From: an uncultured Chitinophagales bacterium
Lineage (GTDB): Bacteria > Bacteroidota > Ignavibacteria > UBA10030 > UBA6906
Length of the DNA: 64,000 nucleotides
Direction of reading: 5' to 3'
Assembly (NCBI GenBank): GCA_964444145.1
Contig: CAYUFU010000002.1
Location: 38,722-102,721, forward strand
Part shown: positions 33,491-41,815 of the stretch, piece by piece
Layout: each line of letters begins with the position of its first letter
How positions within the stretch are numbered: the stretch's first letter is position 1
Position numbers and translations under genes: made by a program
Notes under the pieces: generated by a model
What the model saw: the letters and a program-made list of their open reading frames with translations, nothing else
Databases searched by the model: none
Told to the model about the DNA's origin: nothing

Positions 33491-36400
33491 ATGACATTAA
33501 CTGAACTTGCCATAAAAAGACCAACCCTTATTGTCGTCATCTTTGCGGCGCTGACGGTTGTCGGACTTTTCAGTCTCGCGCAGCTCAAGTATGAGTTGCT
33601 TCCCAAAATCACCCCGCCGTTCATCACCGTCGTGACGGTGTATCCCGGCGCGTCGCCGCAGGAAGTGGAAACATCGGTGACGAAGCTTGTCGAGGATGCG
33701 GTATCGGGAATTGACAAAATCTCGACCGTGTTCAGCACGTCGGCAGAAGGCGTTTCGTTTGTCTCGATTGAATTCACCATGTCGGCGAACGTGAACGCCG
33801 CGCTGCAGGATGTACAGCGCAAGGTCAACGAAATCAGTGCGCGTCTCCCCGATGGCGCAAAGACGCCGACCGTTTCGAAATTCGCGCTCGACGAGATGCC
33901 GGTGCTTCGCATGGGGGTCACGTCAACGATGCCGTCGCGAGAATTTTACCAACTCGTGAAGGACAAAATCCAGCCGCGGCTCGCGAAAATCGCGGGGGTC
34001 GGACAAATCACGCTTGTCGGCGGCGACGAACGTGAAATCAGAGTGAACATTGATGCCCAGAAGCTGCGTTCGTACGGCCTTTCGCTGCTGCAAGTGATGC
34101 AAGCGATCAAAATGTCGAATCTCGATTTCCCGACGGGCAAAGTAAAGGAAGGCACACAACAATACATCGTGCGCATCGCAGGCAAGTTCACTTCGGTGGA
34201 TGGCTTGCGCGGGCTGGTGATCGCGCAATCACGACAGGGGGGCGACATCACGCTTTCGGACATTGCCGAAGTGGAAGACGGACAGAAAGAATATACACAA
34301 CTCAATCGCATTGACGGCAAGACTTCCATCGGCGTGCTCGTTTCGAAACAGTCCGACGCAAACACGGTAGACGTGAGCGCGTTGGTACGAAAAGAACTCC
34401 CGCGCATCGAAGAGACATTCCGCTCGGCGGGCGTGCGATTCGACGTTGCCCAGGACGGCTCGCGTTTCACGCTCGATGCGGCGAACGCCGTTAAGAAAGA
34501 TTTGGCAATTGCTATCGCGCTTGTTGCGCTTGTGATGCTGGCGTTTCTTCATAGCACGCGCAACTCCATCATCGTTATGCTTGCCATCCCCGCTTCGATG
34601 GTGTCAACGTTTATTGCAATGTATGCGTTCAACATGTCGCTCAACTTGATGACGCTGCTCGGTCTGTCGTTGGTCGTCGGCATCCTCGTTGATGATTCGA
34701 TCGTTGTGCTCGAAAACATTTATCGTCATTTGGAAAAGGGGCAGGATGGGAGAACCGCGTCCGTGACGGGGCGAAATGAGATCGGCTTTGCGGCTCTTTC
34801 GATTACGCTTGTGGACGTCGTCGTGTTCGTTCCGCTGGCGCTTGTTACAGGACTCGTCGGCAACATCATGCGCGAGTTCGCTCTCGTTGTTGTGTTCTCG
34901 ACGTTGATGAGCTTGTTCGTGTCGTTCACCGTGACGCCGATGCTTGCGTCGCGTTTTGCCAAGCTCGAGCATCTCACACGGAACAGTTTGCTGGGGCGAT
35001 TCGGCATCTGGTTTGAACGCATGTTCGAGAAGATCACTGCCGAGTATCTGCACATTCTCAAATGGTCGCTCGGCAATCGCGCAAAGATCGTCATGCTCAC
35101 CATTGCGCTCTTGCTTGCGTCGTTCGCGCTTGTGCCCCTTGGCTTCATCGGCTCCGAGTTCATCGAGGTTGCTGATCAGGGGGAGTTTGCGGTGACGATT
35201 GAACTGCCGTCAGGTTCGACGCTGGAGAATACAAACTTCGTCGCGCAGCAAGCAGAGCGGATGATTGCACAACTGCCCGAAGTGAAGAAGATGATTGTGA
35301 ACGTCGGGGTTTCGAGCGACGGATTTCTTGCGCAATCATCGAACAACATCGCAGAGTTGAATATCGCACTCGTCCCGAAAAAAGAACGTGTGCGATCAAC
35401 CGACGAGGTTTCCAATGAAATCAAGCGGCTCATCTCGCAAATCCCCGGAGCGAAGGTCCGCGCTAATCCGATCGGGATTTTTGGAACGGCAAACCAAACG
35501 CCGATTCAGCTCGTGGTGAGTGGACCGACCTACGATGATGCGCGGAAGGCAGCTTCACTGGTCGCGGGAGTAGTGGAGAAAATTCCGGGTACGGCAGACG
35601 TGCGACTGTCGTCCGAGGAAGGGAAGCCCGAAATACGTGTGGAGATTGACCGCCAGAAAATGGCGGCGCTTGGGCTGACGGTTGCGGAAGTCGGGCAAAC
35701 GCTGCGCGTCGCGTTCAACGGCGACGACGAGTCGAAATACCGCGAGGGTGCCAATGAATACACGATTCGCATTGTCTATGACCAGCTCGATCGTTCGCGT
35801 ACATCGGATATCGGCAGTGTGACGTTTATGAATCGGAAGGGCCAACTTGTGGAGCTGAAACAGTTTGCACACATATATCAGGCGACGGGACCGACGAAGT
35901 TGCAGCGGCAAGATCGGAACCCCTCGGTTACGGTGCTTGCTCAAGCGGTCGGTCGGCCGAGTGGAAGTATTGGCGAAGACATCAAGAGGGGCCTCGCAGG
36001 TTTGAATCTGTCGCCCGGTGTGCAGATTGCGTACAAAGGGGATTTGCAGAATCAGTCGGAAGGTTTCGAGAGTCTCGGTCTTGCGTTTGTGGCTGCGATC
36101 ATCTTCATGTATATGATTATGGTTGCGTTGTACGATTCGTACATCTATCCGTTCGTTGTGATGTTTTCGGTTCCCGTGGCGATGATTGGCGCGTTGCTTG
36201 CGCTTGCGCTCACGATGAAGTCGTTGAGCATTTTCTCGATTCTCGGCATCATCATGCTGGTTGGGCTTGTGGGGAAGAACGCGATACTTCTGGTGGATCG
36301 TGCGAATCAAACAAAGTCGGAACAGAAGCTCAGTACGTTCGATGCGCTGGTGGAAGCGGGCAATACTCGGTTGCGTCCGATTATGATGACGACGGTTGCA

Positions 36401-36646
36401 ATGGTGTTCGGCATGTTGCCGATTGCGATCAGCGCAGCGGCGGGTTCGGAGTGGAAAAGCGGACTCGCGTGGGCGCTTATTGGTGGTCTTATTAGTTCGT
36501 TGCTGCTCACGCTTGTGCTTGTGCCCGTCGTGTATTCGTATGTTGACGGGTTGCGTGAACGGATACCGGCATTGTTCAAACAGCTTTCGTGGACGAGGCG
36601 GATGAAGTTCAAGAAGGTGGTGGCGGAGTTGCAGCCGCAACCATAA
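33491..36646 (+). CDS. RND efflux permease (AcrB/HAE1 family, 1051 aa, 12 TM)
   Basis: MTLTELAIKRPTLIVVIFAALTVVGLFSLAQL. Duplicated TM bundles and large periplasmic loops. LGLSLVVGILVDDSIVVLENIYRH. Confidence 0.9.
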   Translation: MTLTELAIKRPTLIVVIFAALTVVGLFSLAQLKYELLPKITPPFITVVTVYPGASPQEVETSVTKLVEDAVSGIDKISTVFSTSAEGVSFVSIEFTMSANVNAALQDVQRKVNEISARLPDGAKTPTVSKFALDEMPVLRMGVTSTMPSREFYQLVKDKIQPRLAKIAGVGQITLVGGDEREIRVNIDAQKLRSYGLSLLQVMQAIKMSNLDFPTGKVKEGTQQYIVRIAGKFTSVDGLRGLVIAQSRQGGDITLSDIAEVEDGQKEYTQLNRIDGKTSIGVLVSKQSDANTVDVSALVRKELPRIEETFRSAGVRFDVAQDGSRFTLDAANAVKKDLAIAIALVALVMLAFLHSTRNSIIVMLAIPASMVSTFIAMYAFNMSLNLMTLLGLSLVVGILVDDSIVVLENIYRHLEKGQDGRTASVTGRNEIGFAALSITLVDVVVFVPLALVTGLVGNIMREFALVVVFSTLMSLFVSFTVTPMLASRFAKLEHLTRNSLLGRFGIWFERMFEKITAEYLHILKWSLGNRAKIVMLTIALLLASFALVPLGFIGSEFIEVADQGEFAVTIELPSGSTLENTNFVAQQAERMIAQLPEVKKMIVNVGVSSDGFLAQSSNNIAELNIALVPKKERVRSTDEVSNEIKRLISQIPGAKVRANPIGIFGTANQTPIQLVVSGPTYDDARKAASLVAGVVEKIPGTADVRLSSEEGKPEIRVEIDRQKMAALGLTVAEVGQTLRVAFNGDDESKYREGANEYTIRIVYDQLDRSRTSDIGSVTFMNRKGQLVELKQFAHIYQATGPTKLQRQDRNPSVTVLAQAVGRPSGSIGEDIKRGLAGLNLSPGVQIAYKGDLQNQSEGFESLGLAFVAAIIFMYMIMVALYDSYIYPFVVMFSVPVAMIGALLALALTMKSLSIFSILGIIMLVGLVGKNAILLVDRANQTKSEQKLSTFDALVEAGNTRLRPIMMTTVAMVFGMLPIAISAAAGSEWKSGLAWALIGGLISSLLLTLVLVPVVYSYVDGLRERIPALFKQLSWTRRMKFKKVVAELQPQP

Positions 36647-36666
36647 GCCCATCTGCGGTGCGCGGG

Positions 36667-36700
36667 AAGGCGAGTCGGATATCTGGCTCGCCTTTGTTTT
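36667..36700 (+). terminator. Rho-independent terminator after the RND gene
   Basis: GGCGAG...CTCGCC stem followed by TTTGTTTT. Confidence 0.5.
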
Positions 36701-36911
36701 GGGTCGAGAAGGCAATGTGGTTCGATGCGCGGAAGCGGCATGCGGGGGGATGCGACGACTGTTGACACGAAGCAGCTCGCGTGCTGCGGCGCAGAAGACG
36801 ATGTGGACGCAGTAGGCTGTCTGCAGCCCCAAAATAAAATCGCGGGGTCGCCGCAGGGTCCTTGTTTGTGGTTGCTGTGTGGTGCGGGAGACGGAAAGAG
36901 CCTGAGAATCA

Positions 36912-36976
36912 TGTAGAGCGACACCCCAGTGTCGCTCTGGCTCGCAACATGAGTGATTCTGGAGAATCGCTCTACA
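36912..36976. repeat. Conserved ~65-nt structured intergenic element, copy 2
   Basis: TGTAGAGCGACACCCCAGTGTCGCTCTGGCTCGCAACATGAGTGATTCTGGAGAATCGCTCTACA; see 18642-18706. Confidence 0.5.
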
Positions 36977-37077
36977 TGGCGAAGTCGTTTTCACACAGGC
37001 TCGAACGGGCGCGGTTGAGTTGTTGACTTTCAGGTGAGCGTTCATTATTGTGAGACGTCATCGAAATCCCACCTGCC

Positions 37078-37626
37078 ATGGCACATCAAACCATTGACGC
37101 GATACGCAGAGTCTTTTCGCTTTCGACGGATTTCAACGAGATCTTCGATGCGTTTGAGCTTGCTGTGCGGCAACGGATTTCGGAGATGGAGTTGTACCGC
37201 GTTCTGTTTTGGAATCCGTCGCTAACGGCGGAGGAGGTGCGCTTGTTCGGCGAGAAGCTGGCGGCGGAGTTTCCCGATCTGTCGTATGATGTGTTTCTCT
37301 GGCTTGCGCGGATGTTCGAGGCGCTGCACGCGTCGCGCGATAATTACGAGCTTGCGTTTCATTATTTCGAGAAGGCTGCCGCTGCGCGACCGTCCGAACC
37401 CGACCCCTATCTCGATGCGTGTGATTGCTACGAGCCTGATTTGAATATTCCGCCGGTGCAGAGTCTGATCGAGTTTTTGAAACGAGGAATGAAACATCTG
37501 AAGCAGCCGTCGCTCTTGTACGAGCGGCTTGCGCAGTGCTGCGAGCTTGCAGGCGATGCGGCAGAAGCGGAACGCTGGCGACGCAAACTCGATGAGCTGC
37601 CGGGCGGAGGCGCGGCGACGGTATGA
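37078..37626 (+). CDS. Hypothetical protein (helical, TPR-like)
   Basis: No recognised motif. Stop overlaps the next start (GTATGA). Confidence 0.5.
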   Translation: MAHQTIDAIRRVFSLSTDFNEIFDAFELAVRQRISEMELYRVLFWNPSLTAEEVRLFGEKLAAEFPDLSYDVFLWLARMFEALHASRDNYELAFHYFEKAAAARPSEPDPYLDACDCYEPDLNIPPVQSLIEFLKRGMKHLKQPSLLYERLAQCCELAGDAAEAERWRRKLDELPGGGAATV

Positions 37627-38549
37627 AGAAGCTGAGAGGCTATCTGCTGATCGTTGGCGCTGCAGTGTTCTGGGGGGCTTCTGCGACACTGGCAAAACTG
37701 TTGCTGAATCAAGAACTCGATACGTTGTTGCTTGTGCAAGCGCGCGTGTCGTTTTCGTTTCTTGTGCTCGCTCTTGCCTTCGGTGTGGGTGCGCGCCGGC
37801 TGTTGCGCATTCGCGTTGCCGACATGTGGAGGTTTGCGCTCTTGGGTGTGCTTGGGCTGGCTGGCGCAAATTTTACCTACTATTTTACCATTAAGGAGAG
37901 CAGTGTCGCGACGGCAATCACGATTCAGTATACCGCGCCGTTGTTTGTGATGGCGTACGAAGTGGTGCGCGGCGAAGAGCGGTTCACCGCCGTCAAACTG
38001 CTTGCCGCGTTGCTTGCGCTTGCAGGCTGTGTCGGCGTCGTGACGGGCTTTACGATCGGTGTACTGCACGTTTCGTCGTTGGGTTTGCTGACGGGCATCG
38101 GCTCGATTGTGGCGTTCGCGTTTCTCACCATCGCCACGCGCCACCTTGTTGCGCGGTATTCGGCGTGGACGGTGACGTTTTATAGTATTGCGTCTGCGAG
38201 CGTGTTTTGGCTTGTGATCAATGCGCCCCGCCAGGTTCTTCCGCCGACGATGCCCCCTGCTTTGTGGTTGTCATTGTTTGGGCTTGCAATGGCGTCCGTT
38301 CTTATTCCGAATTTGCTGTTCACTGCTGGACTGCGTTACGTTGTTCCCTCGCGCGCCATCATCACTAGCACGCTCGAGCCTGTGGTTGCCATTGTAACCG
38401 CTGCGGTGGTTGTCGGCGAAACGGTCGGCGCAGTGCAAATGCTCGGCTCGCTGCTCGTGATTCTCGCGATTATCTTGCTGCAGTGGAAGCGCGAGGAGAA
38501 CGACGAGGTTCCCGTTCCCGACACGGTCGAGGGTTCGAATGGCGCGTAG
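37623..38549 (+). CDS. DMT-superfamily (EamA-like) transporter, 10 TM
   Basis: Two EamA-type halves (IVGAAVFWGASATLAKLLL... and ...FGLAMASVLIPNLLFTAGLRYV). Confidence 0.75.
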   Translation: MKKLRGYLLIVGAAVFWGASATLAKLLLNQELDTLLLVQARVSFSFLVLALAFGVGARRLLRIRVADMWRFALLGVLGLAGANFTYYFTIKESSVATAITIQYTAPLFVMAYEVVRGEERFTAVKLLAALLALAGCVGVVTGFTIGVLHVSSLGLLTGIGSIVAFAFLTIATRHLVARYSAWTVTFYSIASASVFWLVINAPRQVLPPTMPPALWLSLFGLAMASVLIPNLLFTAGLRYVVPSRAIITSTLEPVVAIVTAAVVVGETVGAVQMLGSLLVILAIILLQWKREENDEVPVPDTVEGSNGA

Positions 38550-39123
38550 CGAACGACGAACCGCAAAAGTGCGCGACGTGCTGCGCAAGCGTCAACCTGA
38601 CTTGACTGTCGTGCTGGAAAACATTCACGATCCGCACAATGTCAGCGCGGTGCTTCGCTCATGCGATGCGGTTGGCGTGATGAAAGTGCAGTTGCTGTAC
38701 AATGTGGAGAAGTTTCCGAAGATTGGGAAGAAAAGTTCGTCGAGCGCAAACAAGTGGCTGACGTGGAACAAATTCAAGACGGTGGATGAATGCTACGCCG
38801 CGCTGCGCGCAGAGGGCTTTTCTATTTACGCGACGCACCTCAGCAGCGAGGCGGTCTCAGTGTACGAGCTCGACATGACGAGACGCGTCGCGCTTGTGTT
38901 CGGCAATGAGCATCGCGGCGTCAGCGATGAAGCTGCCGCGCAGGCAGACGGCAATTTCATGATTCCGATGGTGGGAATGATCCAGAGCCTTAATGTTTCG
39001 GTGGCGTGCGCGGTGAGCCTTTACGAAGCGATGCGGCAGCGGCTCGCCTGCGGCGCGTACGATGCACCAAAGTTGACGTCGCGCGAGTTGCAGCGATTGT
39101 TTGATGAGTGGATAGAAATGTGA
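38539..39123 (+). CDS. trmH: SpoU/TrmH-family RNA 2'-O-methyltransferase
   Basis: VVLENIHDPHNVSAVLRSCDAVGV, LVFGNEHRGVS, MIPMVGMIQSLNVSVACAVSLYEA. Confidence 0.8.
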   Translation: MARSERRTAKVRDVLRKRQPDLTVVLENIHDPHNVSAVLRSCDAVGVMKVQLLYNVEKFPKIGKKSSSSANKWLTWNKFKTVDECYAALRAEGFSIYATHLSSEAVSVYELDMTRRVALVFGNEHRGVSDEAAAQADGNFMIPMVGMIQSLNVSVACAVSLYEAMRQRLACGAYDAPKLTSRELQRLFDEWIEM

Positions 39124-39127
39124 AGGG

Positions 39128-39376
39128 TTGCTTCGCGCGGGATTCGTTACTATATTGAGCGTGGTGACTTTCCAATCGTCCGTTCGTAGCAGACGATACG
39201 ACCTAGAGATAATTAAGGAAGAAGTGGATAACGGTTTCAGCTACATTGAATTTTTTCGCGACAACGTGTTGGTCATTGCTGTTGTCGCATTTGCTATCTT
39301 CGGGTATTTTCTCCTCCTCATTCGCAAGCGTCGTAAGCAGGATTTTCTCCACCAACATAAGACGCCAAAGCTTTGA
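39128..39376 (+). CDS. Possible small membrane protein (one TM: NVLVIAVVAFAIFGYFLLLIRKRRK)
   Basis: Only the ORF and a convincing TM/stop-transfer segment support this. It overlaps the non-functional 5' extension of ORF 39246. Confidence 0.3.
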   Translation: MLRAGFVTILSVVTFQSSVRSRRYDLEIIKEEVDNGFSYIEFFRDNVLVIAVVAFAIFGYFLLLIRKRRKQDFLHQHKTPKL

Positions 39377-39425
39377 ATCTCTCCGATTCAACGCTCGATT
39401 GTTTGTTCCTTCTGTTTTGTCTAAC

Positions 39426-41693
39426 ATGAAGACAACAACAGCACTCCTCTTTTACACCATGCGTAAGAATTTCGCGATAGTTGCCTTTTCGTTTGCTGCG
39501 CTCACCCCGTTGTCTCACGCGCAGTTTCAGACGCCGCACAACGGCGGTAAAGCGGAACCCCATCACACACAGGTTCACCTTCTTGCAGCAGTCAAGTCCA
39601 TTCAACCGGGCGTCACCTTTGAAGTTGGCGTGTTGATGACTATGGATCAAGGTTGGCATACCTACTGGCAATACGCGGGTGAAGCCGGACTCCCGACTAA
39701 CATCGAATGGAAATTGCCCGAGGGGTTTTCTGCTGGTGAGATTCAATGGCCTCTGCCGAGCAAGTACAACGAAAGCGGCGACGTGCTGACCTACGGCTAT
39801 GCGGATGAAAACATGCTGCTCGTCCACATCACTCCTCCGTCAAACCTGTTGCCAAATTCACTCGTGAGTGTGAAAGCCAAAGTCAGTTGGCTCGAATGTG
39901 AAAAGCTGTGCGTTCCGGGAGATGCGGATGTTGAATTGAAACTGAAGGTTTCGACAGCCGAGCCTGAGACAGACAACGAAGCGCTGTTTGCAAAATATCG
40001 CGCTCGAATTCCAAAGCCGTTTGTTGCAAGCGAAGGGGTTTCGCTTTCAACATCCGCCAAGAACGGCAAGGTTGAGATACGGCTTGCGAGCGACGGCTCG
40101 CGGCAATTCGTCATCAAGCAAGGCGCCGTTCCTGATTTCTATCCGGCGGCATTCGGAGACCTGACCGTTGGAAGAACGCAAGTTGCTGCTCAGGCAAACA
40201 GTGCAACGATGACACTATCCCTCGCCGCTCTCGAAAAAGTTACCGAGCCGTTGACGTTACGCGGCGTTGTCATGTATCAGGTCGAGGGGGGTGAGGAAAC
40301 AGGCGCAACAGTAGAGGTTCCGCTCTCGAGCGAATTTCTTGCGACGATTCCCCTCGACGGTGCGCCTGCACCGCAACCAGGCGGCAGTTTGCTCGACCAA
40401 CCATTCACAACACTTGCGTCGGAGCAAGGCGAGCAGCCACTCTATGTCTATGTGTTCTTTGCCGTCATTGGTGGGTTGATCCTGAACATCATGCCGTGCG
40501 TTCTGCCGGTCATCTCGCTCAAGGTCTTTGGATTGATGAAGATGGCAGGCGATGAACCGAAGGAAGTGAAAAAGTCGGGATGGTTTTTTTCGCTCGGCAT
40601 TCTCGCCTCGTTTCTCGCGCTGGCGGTAATTGTTGTTGCGCTGAAATCTGCCGGCTCGCTCGTCGGGTGGGGATTTCAGTTTCAGGAGCCGCTGTTCGTT
40701 ATCGCGATGACGGTGGTGGTCTTCGCGTTCGGGTTGAGCTTGTTCGGCGTGTATGAAATTGCAGTTCCTCAGTTTTTGATGCGGAGCGCAAAGAGGTCGG
40801 ATGAACAGAAAGGCTTTCTTGCGCCGTTCTCCGAGGGAATTTTCGCAACCATTCTGGCGACTCCCTGCACCGCCCCGATTCTCGGAACGGCGCTCGGCTT
40901 CGCGTTCTCTCAACCCGCGGCAATCATCCTCTTGATTTTTGCGGCGACGGCGTTCGGCATGGCATTGCCGTATCTCATCCTCACGGCAAAACCGGAGTGG
41001 ATGAGATTTCTTCCCAAGCCGGGCAATTGGATGGTTGCCGCAAAGCAATTCATGGGCTTCCTCATGATGGCGACTGCAGTCTGGCTGTTGTACATTCTCG
41101 GAAAACAATTGGGGATGGAAGCCGTCGTCTGGACGATGGCATTTCTTCTTGTCGTCGGAGTCTCTTGCTGGCTGATCGGTACCTTCGCAACGCTGACGGC
41201 GACGCGCCGAACGTATTTTGCAACGTGGGCAGCGGCACTGCTGCTGGTAATCGTTGGCTACAACCTCTTCATTGGCGATGTGATGAAAGCGAAAGAGTTG
41301 CTGTCGAGTTCGGAGACTGCTCGCACTGCAACGAGCGAAGGTGGAATCATCTGGGAGCCTTTCACACTCGACCGACTCGAAACACATCTCAAAGAAAACA
41401 GGTCTGTCTTCATTGACTTCACCGCCGAGTGGTGTCTCACATGTAAAGTGAATGAGAAAACAGTTCTGGCGGACAAAGAGGTGTTGAACGCGCTCAAGCA
41501 ACGCAACATCATGACGATGAAAGCCGACTGGACGAACCGCAACGAAACGATTACGCGCCTGCTGCAAAAATTCGGACGCTCGGGCGTGCCGTTGTATGTG
41601 TTGTTTCCCGCAGGCAAACCCACCGAGCCGATTGTACTGCCGGAAGTGATTACGCCGAGCATCGTGCTGGAAGCGGTGAAGCGGGCGGGATGA
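39426..41693 (+). CDS. dsbD: Thiol:disulfide interchange protein DsbD (DsbD-alpha, CcdA-like TM core and C-terminal thioredoxin)
   Basis: Signal peptide MKTTTALLFYTMRKNFAIVAFSFAALTPLSHA. TM core motif LNIMPCVLPVISLKV and second Cys region ATPCTAPILGT. C-terminal FTAEWCLTCKVNE (CxxC thioredoxin). ORF-track start 39246 rejected. Confidence 0.85.
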   Translation: MKTTTALLFYTMRKNFAIVAFSFAALTPLSHAQFQTPHNGGKAEPHHTQVHLLAAVKSIQPGVTFEVGVLMTMDQGWHTYWQYAGEAGLPTNIEWKLPEGFSAGEIQWPLPSKYNESGDVLTYGYADENMLLVHITPPSNLLPNSLVSVKAKVSWLECEKLCVPGDADVELKLKVSTAEPETDNEALFAKYRARIPKPFVASEGVSLSTSAKNGKVEIRLASDGSRQFVIKQGAVPDFYPAAFGDLTVGRTQVAAQANSATMTLSLAALEKVTEPLTLRGVVMYQVEGGEETGATVEVPLSSEFLATIPLDGAPAPQPGGSLLDQPFTTLASEQGEQPLYVYVFFAVIGGLILNIMPCVLPVISLKVFGLMKMAGDEPKEVKKSGWFFSLGILASFLALAVIVVALKSAGSLVGWGFQFQEPLFVIAMTVVVFAFGLSLFGVYEIAVPQFLMRSAKRSDEQKGFLAPFSEGIFATILATPCTAPILGTALGFAFSQPAAIILLIFAATAFGMALPYLILTAKPEWMRFLPKPGNWMVAAKQFMGFLMMATAVWLLYILGKQLGMEAVVWTMAFLLVVGVSCWLIGTFATLTATRRTYFATWAAALLLVIVGYNLFIGDVMKAKELLSSSETARTATSEGGIIWEPFTLDRLETHLKENRSVFIDFTAEWCLTCKVNEKTVLADKEVLNALKQRNIMTMKADWTNRNETITRLLQKFGRSGVPLYVLFPAGKPTEPIVLPEVITPSIVLEAVKRAG

Positions 41694-41815
41694 AGTGCGG
41701 ACCGCTACGGGGAGGTGATGAAATCGTTCCGTGACGTTTTCGTGAAAATCTCTTCGTACATTCTTCTCGTATTTTAGGGAGAATCCAACCCACTCATTCC
41801 CAAAGGGACAACCAC

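Noticed and set aside
35555-37045. 496-aa minus-strand ORF spanning the RND gene end and intergenic region
   Set aside because: Antisense to the RND permease. Composition is biased to R/H/Q.
40257-41567. 436-aa minus-strand ORF
   Set aside because: Antisense to dsbD. Arg/His-rich with no domain.
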